DNA from: Ignavibacteriales bacterium
GTDB taxonomy: Bacteria > Bacteroidota > Ignavibacteria > Ignavibacteriales > Melioribacteraceae
Assembly (NCBI GenBank): GCA_007280825.1
Contig: QYQI01000100.1
Location: forward strand, 1 to 39,903
Reading direction: 5' to 3'
Length of the DNA stretch: 39,903 nucleotides
Below are positions 1-9,786 of the stretch, in pieces. Position 1 is the first letter of the stretch; each line of letters opens with the position of its first letter. Position numbers and translations under genes: made by a program. The notes beneath the pieces are model-generated. The model searched no databases. It saw nothing but the letters and a program-made list of their open reading frames with translations, and was not told the origin of the DNA.

Positions 1-756
1 ATTATTATTAGTTATGTAGATATAACCGGGTTTGCTCACTTCTCCAAGAACTAGTACTTTATAATCTTTACGATAAGTTGCATCGAAAGGAATTCTAATT
101 CGATCCCCTCGCATTAATTGAATGTCACTCTTGAGATTAACAGCAATTATTTCTTCTTTTTCTCCAGATGAGTTTAAACGCGAAATTTCAGCTTTGGAAA
201 CATTTGCAAAAGCTGGATTAATGCCGCCTGCAAAGAGAATAGCATCCAAAAGGTTATCACCTTCCACAAACTGAAACTTAACTTCTTTATTTACGGCACC
301 GCTTACATCAATAAAATTTGTATTCATATCAACTGCGGGGAATATGATTACATCATCATTTTTTAAATATGGATTGAATTTAAAATCTCCAGTCAATCTG
401 TATTTTTCTAGATCAATCTTCACAGTTTCGCCGGAAAATCTTTTCAAAATTATATCACGTTTTGCAAAATTCTCTAATTCATTTTTGTACTTCATTAAAA
501 TACTGGATTCTTTAATGCCGCTAAGAGATTGAAGTTTATATTCAGAATAAATGCGTGTGATAAACTGATCTACTCGGTCAGTCATAACTGCAGGGAAAGT
601 ACCATTTACTATAAATGAACCGCCAATTGTTACACCTATTATTCCTGCCTTTGCAAGATCAAATTTATTTTGTGATAGATTATTGGTCTCTTGTGCATTA
701 ATCTGCAACTGAGATGTTGTAATTAAAATTAAAGTGATTAAAATTATTTTTTTCAT
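1..756 (-). CDS. Polysaccharide export protein, Wza/SLBB family (runs off the window edge, partial)
   Basis: Absent from the ORF track because it has no in-window stop. My reverse-complement translation from ATG 756-754 stays open to base 1. It reads MKKIILITLILITTSQLQINAQ (signal peptide) ... VSGAVNKEVKFQFVEGDNLLDAILFAGGINP ... LMRGDRIRIP ... VLVLGEVSKPGYIYIT. These are repeated SLBB-type segments as in Wza-like exporters. It lies 12 nt downstream of rfbB. Confidence 0.7.
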   Translation of the reverse strand, partial: MKKIILITLILITTSQLQINAQETNNLSQNKFDLAKAGIIGVTIGGSFIVNGTFPAVMTDRVDQFITRIYSEYKLQSLSGIKESSILMKYKNELENFAKRDIILKRFSGETVKIDLEKYRLTGDFKFNPYLKNDDVIIFPAVDMNTNFIDVSGAVNKEVKFQFVEGDNLLDAILFAGGINPAFANVSKAEISRLNSSGEKEEIIAVNLKSDIQLMRGDRIRIPFDATYRKDYKVLVLGEVSKPGYIYITNNN

Positions 757-768
757 ATTGGTCTGAAT

Positions 769-1800
769 TTAATTTTTATTTAGTCTATTGCCGTATTGTT
801 GTTCATAATACTTTTGATATTCTCCGGAGATAATTCTTTCCCACCAATTTTTGTTTTGCAAATACCAATCGATTGTATCTCCAATAGCATTCTCAAAATT
901 AAAAGTTGGTGTCCATCCTAATTCATTTTTAATTTTTGATGAATTAATCGCATACCTGCGGTCGTGTCCGGGTCGGTCCTTTACGTATTCAATTAGTTCT
1001 TCACCCTTACCTAGTTTCTGTAAAATCAATTTTATAATCTCAATATTTTTCATTTCACGACTTGCACCAATATTATATACTTCTCCTGTCTTTCCATTTT
1101 CAAAAACAAGTTCAACTGCTTTGTTATGATCAATAACATAGATCCAATCTCTAACATTTAATCCGTCACCATAGACCGGAAGTTTTTCCCCGTTAAGGGA
1201 ATTAATAATCATCAATGGAATTAATTTTTCCGGAAATTGCATTGGTCCGTAATTATTTGAACATCTGGTAATAACAACAGGCAAACCATAAGTGTGATGA
1301 AATGACATAGCTGCCATATCTGCACTTGCTTTACTTGATGAATAAGGACTGTTTGGACAGAGCGGAGTTTCTTCGGTAAATAAACCTGTAAGACCTAAAC
1401 TACCGTAAACTTCATCGGTAGAGATTTGTACAAATTTCTCAACTTGATATCTGCGAGCTGCCTCGAGCAAAACTGTTGTTCCTATTACATTTGTTCGGTA
1501 GAAAATTTCCGATCCGAGTATACTCCTATCAACGTGAGATTCTGCTGCGAAATTTATAACAAATTTTAGATTAAACCTCTTAAAAAGATAATCTACCAAC
1601 TCATTATTTGCAATATCTCCTTTAACAAACCTATAATTCTTGTTTTTCTCAACAGTTTTAAGGTTTTCAAGATTACCAGCGTAAGTAAGTTTATCTAAAT
1701 TGACAATAAAATAATCATCACGTTTAGGAAGAATATAATTGATAAAGTTACTTCCAATGAATCCGGCACCGCCGGTTACAAGTATGTTTTTAGTTGTCAT
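769..1800 (-). CDS. rfbB: dTDP-glucose 4,6-dehydratase
   Basis: ORF 769..1815. It has the N-terminal Rossmann motif GGAGFIGSNF and the SDR catalytic motif YSSSKASADM, and is the expected full length. I prefer the internal Met (MTTKNILVTGG) at 1800, which removes the overlap with the upstream gene. The start remains ambiguous between 1815 and 1800. Confidence 0.92.
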   Translation of the reverse strand: MTTKNILVTGGAGFIGSNFINYILPKRDDYFIVNLDKLTYAGNLENLKTVEKNKNYRFVKGDIANNELVDYLFKRFNLKFVINFAAESHVDRSILGSEIFYRTNVIGTTVLLEAARRYQVEKFVQISTDEVYGSLGLTGLFTEETPLCPNSPYSSSKASADMAAMSFHHTYGLPVVITRCSNNYGPMQFPEKLIPLMIINSLNGEKLPVYGDGLNVRDWIYVIDHNKAVELVFENGKTGEVYNIGASREMKNIEIIKLILQKLGKGEELIEYVKDRPGHDRRYAINSSKIKNELGWTPTFNFENAIGDTIDWYLQNKNWWERIISGEYQKYYEQQYGNRLNKN

Positions 1801-1804
1801 CAAT

Positions 1805-2536
1805 TTAGAATGCAATTAATCCGAAGTAGATTCCGGTTTGAATAAAAAATGAACTGCTGCTTAAATCCGATGGAACGTTTCCAACATCTTGATCATTGTC
1901 AACTTTCCAACTGCTTGCAAAAGTTGTAATGTAACCGCCGCCAATTCTGAAAGCAATAAATCTGCTTAATGGAATATCAACATTAAGTGTTGGCGTTATT
2001 GTTAAGAAAGTATTGATAATTTTTCTGTATATGTTCTGAGTGGTTTTATTAGAAACATCATTCCAGATGCCGCTCCAAGAATAATTATTTTGATTCTGAA
2101 AAATCTCTATACTCGAAGAACCGACTCCGATAATAGCTCCAACCGAAACCGCAATATTTTTTATGAATGGTAAAGAATACTCAACAGTTACTCCGCCAAG
2201 TCCGTAATTATACTTTACTTCTTTATTAAATCCATCCTTAAACCCGCTTGAAGTTTGAGTTCCGCTTAAACCAATTCCACCGATTCTTAAATTATCAACA
2301 AGCATAATGTAAGCATAACCGCCGCCGCCATAAACCAACATTCCTTTACTGGAAAGATTTTCCAATCCCATATTTTTTATCTGCAAATTAACTGCATCAA
2401 CATTAGGAAAAACCAATGTTGGAGAAAATCCGCCTGCTGCACCAAATCTTGCAACCCAGCCAACATCTTCACCTTCCTGAGCATTGGTTAATCGAAAAAA
2501 AATTAATATCAAAAAAAGGATTAGTAATTTTTTCAT
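1805..2536 (-). CDS. Outer-membrane beta-barrel protein (porin-like), function unknown
   Basis: ORF 1805..2638 trimmed to the Met at 2536, giving MKKLLILFLILIFFRLTNAQ (signal peptide). The sequence is Gly/Ser/Tyr-rich with alternating-hydrophobic strands and ends in ...GLIAF, a C-terminal Phe typical of OMPs. Confidence 0.6.
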   Translation of the reverse strand: MKKLLILFLILIFFRLTNAQEGEDVGWVARFGAAGGFSPTLVFPNVDAVNLQIKNMGLENLSSKGMLVYGGGGYAYIMLVDNLRIGGIGLSGTQTSSGFKDGFNKEVKYNYGLGGVTVEYSLPFIKNIAVSVGAIIGVGSSSIEIFQNQNNYSWSGIWNDVSNKTTQNIYRKIINTFLTITPTLNVDIPLSRFIAFRIGGGYITTFASSWKVDNDQDVGNVPSDLSSSSFFIQTGIYFGLIAF

Positions 2537-2701
2537 AGGATTTATTTGTGTGTCTTTTTGGTGGATAAAATTAGCAATTCCGCTGACAAAAGAAAAATGA
2601 TAAATCGCTAACTCTTCTTTAATAAATAAAGGCCGCACTGATTTTCGTATCTGTTCACCACAACAAGGAGAAAACCAATTACGGCCTTTAATTTTGCCGA
2701 A

Positions 2702-2803
2702 CTATTCGCTATCGGATTTTAAATGCTTAATAATCTTGATAGCTTTTGTTGTAAAGAGTGCTATAAAAAGTAGCATTGCACCTAATAATATTAGTCCGTC
2801 CAT
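2702..2803 (-). CDS. Small (33 aa) single-pass membrane protein, unlisted in the ORF track
   Basis: My translation is MDGLILLGAMLLFIALFTTKAIKIIKHLKSDSE*. An AAGGAG sits 7 nt upstream of the ATG. The ORF starts 39 nt downstream of the ftsZ stop on the same strand. Confidence 0.4.
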   Translation of the reverse strand: MDGLILLGAMLLFIALFTTKAIKIIKHLKSDSE

Positions 2804-2842
2804 AGTACTCCTTTATTTTATTATTACCATAAAGGAAAAACT

Positions 2843-4132
2843 TTAATCCATAATCTTTCTTAAGAATGATGAACTGTCATCTTCATCTCTATTTTTATTA
2901 CTGTAATAATCGTTCTCTTCATAATCATTTTTTTCAGCTTTAAATCCGGTTTCCAATCCGCTTGGATCAAACAAATCCGGACTTGTTTTCTTTACTCTTA
3001 GGATAGTAGGAACATTCAGATCATCACTATTTTCTAATTCCATCGAGCCGCGTTTGGTTGGAAAACCACCCATGCCTACAACTTTTTTCTCTTCGCGTTT
3101 TCTTTCAGCTTTTTCAGTTTTCAAATTGCTGATCGGATTTGAGCCTGCTTTAGATTCAAATCCGGTTGCGATAACTGTGTAAGAAACATATTCATTCATC
3201 TGATCTTTAATTACTGTTCCAAAGATTACATTTGCTTCTTCTCCGGCAGCTTCAAAGATCACATTATTACCGGCTTCTACTTCTGCCATCGTCATATTTG
3301 TTGGGCCGGTAACGTTTAGAAGAATATTCTTCGCACCTTTAATAGAAATACCTTCAAGCAGCGGTGATGAAATTGCTTTTTGTGCAGCTTCAACCGATCG
3401 ATTTTCTCCACTCGCAATTCCGCATCCCATTAATGCTTGTCCGCTGTCTCTCATTACAGTTCTTACATCGGCAAAGTCAACATTAATAATTCCTTTCACT
3501 GTAATGATATCCGCAATACCGCGAGTTGCTTCAAAAAGAATTTCATTCGGTTTGTTGAATGCAGCTTTTGCTGCCGTAGCTGTATCTATAATACTTAGTA
3601 TTCTGCTGTTTGGTACAACAATCAAACTATCTACCAATTGACGCAGTTCATTAATTCCTTCATCCGCATTTTTCATGCGCAATTTACCTTCCCATGTGAA
3701 AGGTTTGGTAACGATGCCGATTACAAGTGCGCCAAGACTTTTTGCAATAGATGCAACAATCGGAGCTGCCCCTGTTCCAGTTCCGCCGCCCATTCCCGAA
3801 GTAACAAAAACCATATCGCTTCCTTCAAGCATGCGGGTGATCTTCTCCCGATCTTCTTCAGCAGCTTTTCTTCCTACATTAGGATCTGCACCTGCTCCAA
3901 GTCCGCGTGTTACGTTTGTTCCGATTTGAATTTTATGAGTAGCCAAACTCTCTTCGAGAACTTGAGCATCTGTATTTACAGCAATGAATTCAACGCCGGT
4001 TAAGCCGCGTTCGATCATACTGTCAATTGCGTTGCAACCGCCTCCGCCTACACCAACTACTTTTAATTGTGCTGACATTGGTCTTTGTGTTTCAAGAGTG
4101 AAGAATCTCGGTCTCTTTTCCATTGTGGACAT
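2843..4132 (-). CDS. ftsZ: Cell division GTPase FtsZ
   Basis: Tubulin signature GGGTGTGAAP and N-terminal VVGVGGGGCNA. A long acidic/basic linker ends in SSSFLRKIMD, a C-terminal FtsA-binding-type peptide. AAGGAGGAG lies just upstream of ATG 4132. Confidence 0.97.
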   Translation of the reverse strand: MSTMEKRPRFFTLETQRPMSAQLKVVGVGGGGCNAIDSMIERGLTGVEFIAVNTDAQVLEESLATHKIQIGTNVTRGLGAGADPNVGRKAAEEDREKITRMLEGSDMVFVTSGMGGGTGTGAAPIVASIAKSLGALVIGIVTKPFTWEGKLRMKNADEGINELRQLVDSLIVVPNSRILSIIDTATAAKAAFNKPNEILFEATRGIADIITVKGIINVDFADVRTVMRDSGQALMGCGIASGENRSVEAAQKAISSPLLEGISIKGAKNILLNVTGPTNMTMAEVEAGNNVIFEAAGEEANVIFGTVIKDQMNEYVSYTVIATGFESKAGSNPISNLKTEKAERKREEKKVVGMGGFPTKRGSMELENSDDLNVPTILRVKKTSPDLFDPSGLETGFKAEKNDYEENDYYSNKNRDEDDSSSFLRKIMD

Positions 4133-4158
4133 AACTCCTCCTTGTTGTGGTATATTAT

Positions 4159-5403
4159 TTATAGTTTATCAAAAAATTCTTGTAATCTTTTGAATAGTTT
4201 GATCACATTTAATTTATGTTCTGAGCCACTTGCTTTTACTGAAGTAAATTGTTCTGAAGATGATTTTCCCGGTATACCTCTAATTAATCCTGCGACAGTT
4301 GCGAATTCGGGACTTTCAACTTCATTTGATAATCCAGAACCAAGATCAAGAGGAACACCGATACGAGCAGGCATTCCAAAAACTTCTTCGGCTAATTCTG
4401 TACATCCTTTTAGTAAAGATCCTCCTCCGGTTAGTACAACACCTGCTTTAATTTTATTTTTGAACCCGGCTTGACGGAGTTCGTTATCAATTAAAGCGAA
4501 TAATTCTTTCATACGAACACTGATTATTTGAGTAAGTAGTGATAAAGGAATTTTCACGTTTCCTCTTCCGCCAACACCTTTTATAAAAATATCTTCATCT
4601 TTAATGATTGCATGTTCGGTTGCGTAGCCGTATTCTTTTTTAAGTTTTTCTGCATCGGCAGTTACAATTCCTAAAGTCTCGCGAACATCATTTGTAACCT
4701 GATTACCGGCAACTCCAATTACTTTTGTGTGCTTAATTGCTTTACGGTGAAAGACTGCTATATCAGTTGTTCCGCCACCAATATCGATCAACAGTACACC
4801 TAAATCTTTTTCGTTTTCATCAAGCACAGCAAAACTTGATGCGATCGGTTGAAGTACATAATCTTTAACTGTAAAACCTGCACGCTCAACAGATTTTTTT
4901 ATGTTTTGAATAGCAGGTATCGAAGCGAGAACTACATGATTCACAGCTTCTAATCGCGAACCACACATCCCGATCGGGTCATCAATTCCGCCTTGATGAT
5001 CAACTGAATATTCTTCGGGAATTATGTGAAGTATCTGGCGGTCGGATGGAATTCGTATAGTCTGAACATCAGCCCGCAAACGATCTAAATCCTGCTCAGT
5101 TATTTCTCGTTCCGGATTATTAATTGTTACATAATTTCTATGACGTAAACTTGTTATGTGCTCACCCGCTACACCAACATTTAATTCTTTCACGGTAAGA
5201 CCTGCTCTGTTGGATGCAATATGCATTGCTTCGGTAATCGCTTCAGCTGTCTTAGAAATATTTGCAACCAATCCCCGATTTAATCCTTCCGAAGGAGCGA
5301 CGCCGAATCCAAGTATATTCAGATGATTGTCAACCTGTTCGGCAATTATCGCACAAACTTTTGTTGTTCCAAGATCAAGTCCTGCTATAATATTTTTTTT
5401 CAT
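4159..5403 (-). CDS. ftsA: Cell division protein FtsA (actin-like ATPase)
   Basis: Actin-fold phosphate motifs GLDLGTTKV and LIDIGGGTTDIAV. It sits between ftsQ and ftsZ. The start overlaps the ftsQ stop (ATGA). Confidence 0.95.
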   Translation of the reverse strand: MKKNIIAGLDLGTTKVCAIIAEQVDNHLNILGFGVAPSEGLNRGLVANISKTAEAITEAMHIASNRAGLTVKELNVGVAGEHITSLRHRNYVTINNPEREITEQDLDRLRADVQTIRIPSDRQILHIIPEEYSVDHQGGIDDPIGMCGSRLEAVNHVVLASIPAIQNIKKSVERAGFTVKDYVLQPIASSFAVLDENEKDLGVLLIDIGGGTTDIAVFHRKAIKHTKVIGVAGNQVTNDVRETLGIVTADAEKLKKEYGYATEHAIIKDEDIFIKGVGGRGNVKIPLSLLTQIISVRMKELFALIDNELRQAGFKNKIKAGVVLTGGGSLLKGCTELAEEVFGMPARIGVPLDLGSGLSNEVESPEFATVAGLIRGIPGKSSSEQFTSVKASGSEHKLNVIKLFKRLQEFFDKL

Positions 5404-6176
5404 GATTTCTTTTGACCCTCCTGGCTATTCTGTTCTGTAATGCCGAGATATACGTGTCCGCCGTAACGCAAATCCACATACTCCATGTAATTATTTATTT
5501 CCTTCCCCTTCAAATAAGTCCAGAAATTATTGAAGTAGATTACTTTTCTAATTTCACTTCCACGGCCAATGATTACCGGATAATTCAAACTCGAGAAATA
5601 GAGAACGACATCATTCCCATTCTGCATATCAATTGATGATAAGCTGTCATACAATTCCGGATTTAGCAATTTTACTTCAGTAATTATTTTCGATGCTAAT
5701 ACGATGTCGCTAATATTTTTTAGAGAAGATAAGATTTTCACTCCGTTGCCAAGAACCGGATTGGAAATTATCGGGTAGTCAATTTTCTTTGTCTGAGGAA
5801 ATACAGGAAGTATCTGAAGATTTTCTGTTATGATGTATTGATTAACACTGTCTACTAAAATTGAGTCAAATGTTTTTTCAATTATTTTTACCGAAACCTT
5901 ACTGTTACCGTCATAACGTACTTCTGCTTGCTGAACGTAAGGATGCTTTTCAATCCTATCTTTTATGATTTGAAGTGTGAGCTTTTCATAATTATTCTTA
6001 TCGAGCAGATTTGCATAACCTAAATATTGTTCTTTGGAAAGATGAATATTTCCGTCAAGTGAGATTAGATTTATCTTATAATCAATATCGTTTCTTAATC
6101 CAACCGATAAGTATATCATCAGCCCGATCGCAAGAATTAAAAACAGTGTGCTTAATATTTTTGCTGTTTTAGTCAT
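5400..6176 (-). CDS. ftsQ: Cell division protein FtsQ (N-terminal TM plus POTRA)
   Basis: Single N-terminal TM (ILSTLFLILAIGLMIYL) followed by a POTRA-like region (ISLDGNIHLSKEQ...). Canonical position between murC and ftsA. Confidence 0.78.
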   Translation of the reverse strand: MTKTAKILSTLFLILAIGLMIYLSVGLRNDIDYKINLISLDGNIHLSKEQYLGYANLLDKNNYEKLTLQIIKDRIEKHPYVQQAEVRYDGNSKVSVKIIEKTFDSILVDSVNQYIITENLQILPVFPQTKKIDYPIISNPVLGNGVKILSSLKNISDIVLASKIITEVKLLNPELYDSLSSIDMQNGNDVVLYFSSLNYPVIIGRGSEIRKVIYFNNFWTYLKGKEINNYMEYVDLRYGGHVYLGITEQNSQEGQKKS

Positions 6177-6180
6177 TATT

Positions 6181-7563
6181 TTATTTTTGTTTCTCTTTTA
6201 AGAATGCAATAAACTTTTCACCGTATTTCCATATATCACCGGCTCCCATTGTAATAATGAGATCCCCTTGCTTATAAATTTTTTGGAGGAGTTCAGGAAT
6301 TTTTGTTTTATCAGGTTCGTAGTAAACATTTCTATGACCAAAATCTTTTGCAGTATTTGCAATAAGTTCTCCGGTAATTCCTTCGATTGGTTTTTCTCTT
6401 GCCGGATAAACATCGGTGCAGATAAATACATCTGAGTTCAGGAATGAACGTCCGAACTCAGCATAAAAATCTTTTGTGCGTGAAAACAAATGCGGTTGGA
6501 ATACTGCGATTAATCTTCTGTTCCATCCGCGACGAATTCCATCTAACGTTACATTAATTTCTGTCGGATGATGACCGTAATCATCAATAACCATTACCTC
6601 TTTGTTGTACTTTGTTTCGAATCGGCGATAAACTCCGTTGAACGATTCAAGTGCTTTTTTAATTACGCTGAACTCAACACCCATTTCTTTAGCAATCGTT
6701 ACAGCTACAAGAGAATTTTTTATGTTGTGTAATCCGGGGATATTAATTCTAATTCTTCCTAGTTCCTTTCCAAGATAAATTACACTGAACTCAGAATGAT
6801 TTTCCGAATGGGAAATATTTGTTGCACGAATATCTGCTTGCGGTGTTATTCCGTAAGTAAAGATTTTTTTATTGATCTGAGGAATGACATCTTGAAGAGC
6901 GGGTTCATCAAGACAAAGAACTACAAAACCGAAGAATGGAACCTTGTTTGCAAACTCTACGAATGCAGATTTTATATCATTCAAATCCTTATATGTATCG
7001 AGATGTTCTCTTTCAAGTGTAGTCAACGCTGCAATAACCGGAGTAAGTTTTAAAAATGTTCTATCAAATTCATCAGCTTCAACCACAATGTAATCGCCTT
7101 TACCTAAACGGGCATTTGTTCCGCCAAGCCCGCTCAACTTTCCGCCGACAATAATTGTCGGATCTATTCCTGCTTCAGTTAATACCAATCCAACCATAGA
7201 CGTTGTAGTAGTTTTTCCATGCGTTCCTGCAATCCCGATTCCATATTTCATTCTCATACATTCAGCGAGCATCTCAGAACGTTTGATTACAGGAATTTTT
7301 CTCCTCATTGCTTCTTTTACTTCCGGATTTTCCAGATTAACAGCAGATGAATAAACCACTACATCGGCATCTTTCAAGTTTTCAGGAGAATGTCCTTCAT
7401 AAACTTTGATGCCTAAACTTTCCAACCGTTCAGTTACTTCTGTTTTATTTAGATCGGAACCGGAAATCTTAAATCCTTGGTTTAATAATATTTCTGCGAT
7501 ACCGCTCATTCCTATTCCGCCGATACCGACAAAGTGAACATTTTTAATTGTCATCATCATCAT
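6181..7563 (-). CDS. murC: UDP-N-acetylmuramate--L-alanine ligase
   Basis: N-terminal GIGGIGMSGIAE and Mur ligase P-loop GTHGKTTTTSM. dcw context. The ORF begins MMMM, so the exact start is ambiguous within 12 nt. Confidence 0.95.
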   Translation of the reverse strand: MMMMTIKNVHFVGIGGIGMSGIAEILLNQGFKISGSDLNKTEVTERLESLGIKVYEGHSPENLKDADVVVYSSAVNLENPEVKEAMRRKIPVIKRSEMLAECMRMKYGIGIAGTHGKTTTTSMVGLVLTEAGIDPTIIVGGKLSGLGGTNARLGKGDYIVVEADEFDRTFLKLTPVIAALTTLEREHLDTYKDLNDIKSAFVEFANKVPFFGFVVLCLDEPALQDVIPQINKKIFTYGITPQADIRATNISHSENHSEFSVIYLGKELGRIRINIPGLHNIKNSLVAVTIAKEMGVEFSVIKKALESFNGVYRRFETKYNKEVMVIDDYGHHPTEINVTLDGIRRGWNRRLIAVFQPHLFSRTKDFYAEFGRSFLNSDVFICTDVYPAREKPIEGITGELIANTAKDFGHRNVYYEPDKTKIPELLQKIYKQGDLIITMGAGDIWKYGEKFIAFLKEKQK

Positions 7564-7573
7564 AGTTTTATTC

Positions 7574-8674
7574 TCATATCATCTCGGCAAATTTGATCGC
7601 ACTTTCGGCAATCGTTTTTGCTGCTAATGGTTTAGCAAATAATGAAATATTTTTTTTCATAATTTCCTGACGTGCTTCATTAAAGATTAATTCATTCACC
7701 ACAGGAAAGAATTCGTCTTTCAAATTTTTATCTTCTATCAATTCTGCTGCGTTCACAACTTTCAATGCTTTGGCATTCATATACTGATGATTTGCAGCAA
7801 CATTTGCCGAAGGAACGAATACAACAGGCAACGATAGAAATGATACTTCAGCTATTGTTGTAGCTCCTGAACGTGCAAGTACAATATCTGCTGCTGAGTA
7901 TGCGGAAGACATATCACTGATGAATGGAAATATTTTCACTGATTCGTTCGAGAACTTTTTATAATGTTCATAATAAAATTGGCCTGTCTGCCAAATGACT
8001 TGAATATTGTTCGATACTAATTGATCTACATTATCAGCAACCGCTTGATTGATTGATCGTGCGCCGCCGCTTCCGCCAATTACCAGCAATACTTTTTTCA
8101 ATTCATCCAATCCGAATTTTTTCTTTGCTTCGGATTTATCACTCAACCTCAAATTTATTCTTATCGGGTTACCGGTTAATTTTAATTTCGATTCGTCTCT
8201 GAAATATTTTTTTGATTCTTCAAACGCAATATGAATTTCGTGTGCTTTTTTTTCAAGGATTCTATTAGTAACCCCGGGATAACTATTCTGCTCAAGCAGC
8301 ATTACTTTTACACCAAGTACTGATGCCGACCAAACGACGGGACCTGAAACATATGCACCGCATCCTATAGCTACACGCGGCTTGAATCCATAATTAATAA
8401 CGAACGATTGAATCGCCGAAACAAATAATTTTACCGGAAACAGTAAATTCCTTAGGTCTAACTTTCGTGATAAACCGCTAATCCAAATTGCCTTGAAGGG
8501 GAAACCATATTCCGGTACGACACGTTCTTCAATTTTATTTTTTGCGCCAACAAATAAAATTTCAGATTCCGGTTTCATCAAACGAATCTGTTGGGCAACC
8601 GCAAGAGCCGGATATAAATGACCGCCGGTTCCGCCACCAACAAAAACAAAACGATATGGAGTTCTATTCTTCAT
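7574..8674 (-). CDS. murG: Lipid II-forming UDP-GlcNAc transferase MurG
   Basis: GGGTGGHLYPALAV N-terminal motif and GT28 family length. dcw context. Confidence 0.95.
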   Translation of the reverse strand: MKNRTPYRFVFVGGGTGGHLYPALAVAQQIRLMKPESEILFVGAKNKIEERVVPEYGFPFKAIWISGLSRKLDLRNLLFPVKLFVSAIQSFVINYGFKPRVAIGCGAYVSGPVVWSASVLGVKVMLLEQNSYPGVTNRILEKKAHEIHIAFEESKKYFRDESKLKLTGNPIRINLRLSDKSEAKKKFGLDELKKVLLVIGGSGGARSINQAVADNVDQLVSNNIQVIWQTGQFYYEHYKKFSNESVKIFPFISDMSSAYSAADIVLARSGATTIAEVSFLSLPVVFVPSANVAANHQYMNAKALKVVNAAELIEDKNLKDEFFPVVNELIFNEARQEIMKKNISLFAKPLAAKTIAESAIKFAEMI

Positions 8675-9786
8675 TACACTTGAGCAATTTTTAATTCTGT
8701 TGTCTTAACCGTCTGTCTTCCCACATTTACAATAATTCCAATTGACACTGCAAAAAGAATAATTGATGTACCGCCGAAACTGATAAATGGGAAAGTTATT
8801 CCGGTTGTTGGAATTAATCCTGTAACAACACATGCATTTATAAATGCGCTGACTATTATGTTAAATCCTAAACCTAAAACGAGAAGCTGACCAAATCTAT
8901 CTTGTGCTTTTTTGGCAATGACCAAACAAACTGCGAACAAGAAAAGAAATAAGAACAGAACAACTATTGCACCGACAAATCCAAGTTCTTCACCAAGAAT
9001 TGAAAAAATAAAATCGCCGTAAGATTCCGGAAGAAATAAATCGCTCTGTCTGCTGTGTCCTAATCCAACACCCAAAAGTCCCCCGCTGCCTAATGCAATT
9101 TTTGCCTGCTTTACTTGAATATTTATGTCTCCGCCATTGATCAAACTTTCGATAAATGTTATAACTCTTTCACGTGAGTGCCTGAATATCATCATGACAG
9201 AACCCAGAGTTAAACTTACAGGGACAATAATGCCGAGTATATGTTTTATCCTAGCACCTGCAACAAATAAAATTACAATTGAAGTAATTACTATGATTAA
9301 ACTTGTACTAACATTTGGTTGGATTAGAACCAATGCGCTAACAATCGCAACCCAGAATAACGGCAAAAGAAATCCTTTCTTAAAATCTTTTAGTTCGTCT
9401 CCCATTTTCTCCAGCATTACAGCCAAGTGAACAATTAAAATTACTTTAGCCGCTTCCGAAGGTTGGAATTGCATAAATCCAAGATCAATCCATCGTTGAG
9501 CGCCTTTAACTTTTGCCGCAAAGAGAAAAGTAAAAATCAATACGGTGATAATTAGTATTAATGCCCACTTACTGTACTCGCGGTATTTATCATAAGGGAA
9601 GTAGGAAAAAATTATCATCATCCCTACTGCAGCAAATACTTTCCATAAATGTGATTTGAATAAAAAGTAAAAGCTGTTAAATCTGGAAAAGCTGTAAGTA
9701 CCGCTGGCAGTAAAAACCATAATTGCGCCAAGCATAATAAAACCCACAACTAATCCGATCAATATTTTAACCGATGTATTCATCAA
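8674..9786 (-). CDS. ftsW: SEDS-family peptidoglycan polymerase FtsW
   Basis: About 10 hydrophobic segments, the SEDS motif QPSEAAK, and its position between murD and murG. Confidence 0.9.
   Translation of the reverse strand: MMNTSVKILIGLVVGFIMLGAIMVFTASGTYSFSRFNSFYFLFKSHLWKVFAAVGMMIIFSYFPYDKYREYSKWALILIITVLIFTFLFAAKVKGAQRWIDLGFMQFQPSEAAKVILIVHLAVMLEKMGDELKDFKKGFLLPLFWVAIVSALVLIQPNVSTSLIIVITSIVILFVAGARIKHILGIIVPVSLTLGSVMMIFRHSRERVITFIESLINGGDINIQVKQAKIALGSGGLLGVGLGHSRQSDLFLPESYGDFIFSILGEELGFVGAIVVLFLFLFLFAVCLVIAKKAQDRFGQLLVLGLGFNIIVSAFINACVVTGLIPTTGITFPFISFGGTSIILFAVSIGIIVNVGRQTVKTTELKIAQV

Noticed and set aside
2537-2638. N-terminal extension of ORF 1805..2638 (MRPLFIKEELAIYHFSF...)
   Set aside because: The internal Met at 2536 gives a canonical signal peptide, MKKLLILFLILIFF...NAQ. 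The extension has no such logic.
2628-2690. Inverted repeat AAAGGCCG ... CGGCCTTT followed by ATTTATT on the minus strand, a possible terminator after the ftsZ/micro-ORF unit
   Set aside because: The loop is ~45 nt with only imperfect internal pairing, so it is not a canonical intrinsic terminator. I could not support it beyond the 8-bp arms.
3638-4474. Plus-strand ORFs 3638..4003, 3675..3929, 3984..4193 and 4085..4474, antisense to ftsZ and ftsA
   Set aside because: They lie entirely inside strongly supported genes on the opposite strand. Their composition is odd (Cys/Ser/Pro-rich) and they have no SD or family resemblance. They are typical shadow ORFs.
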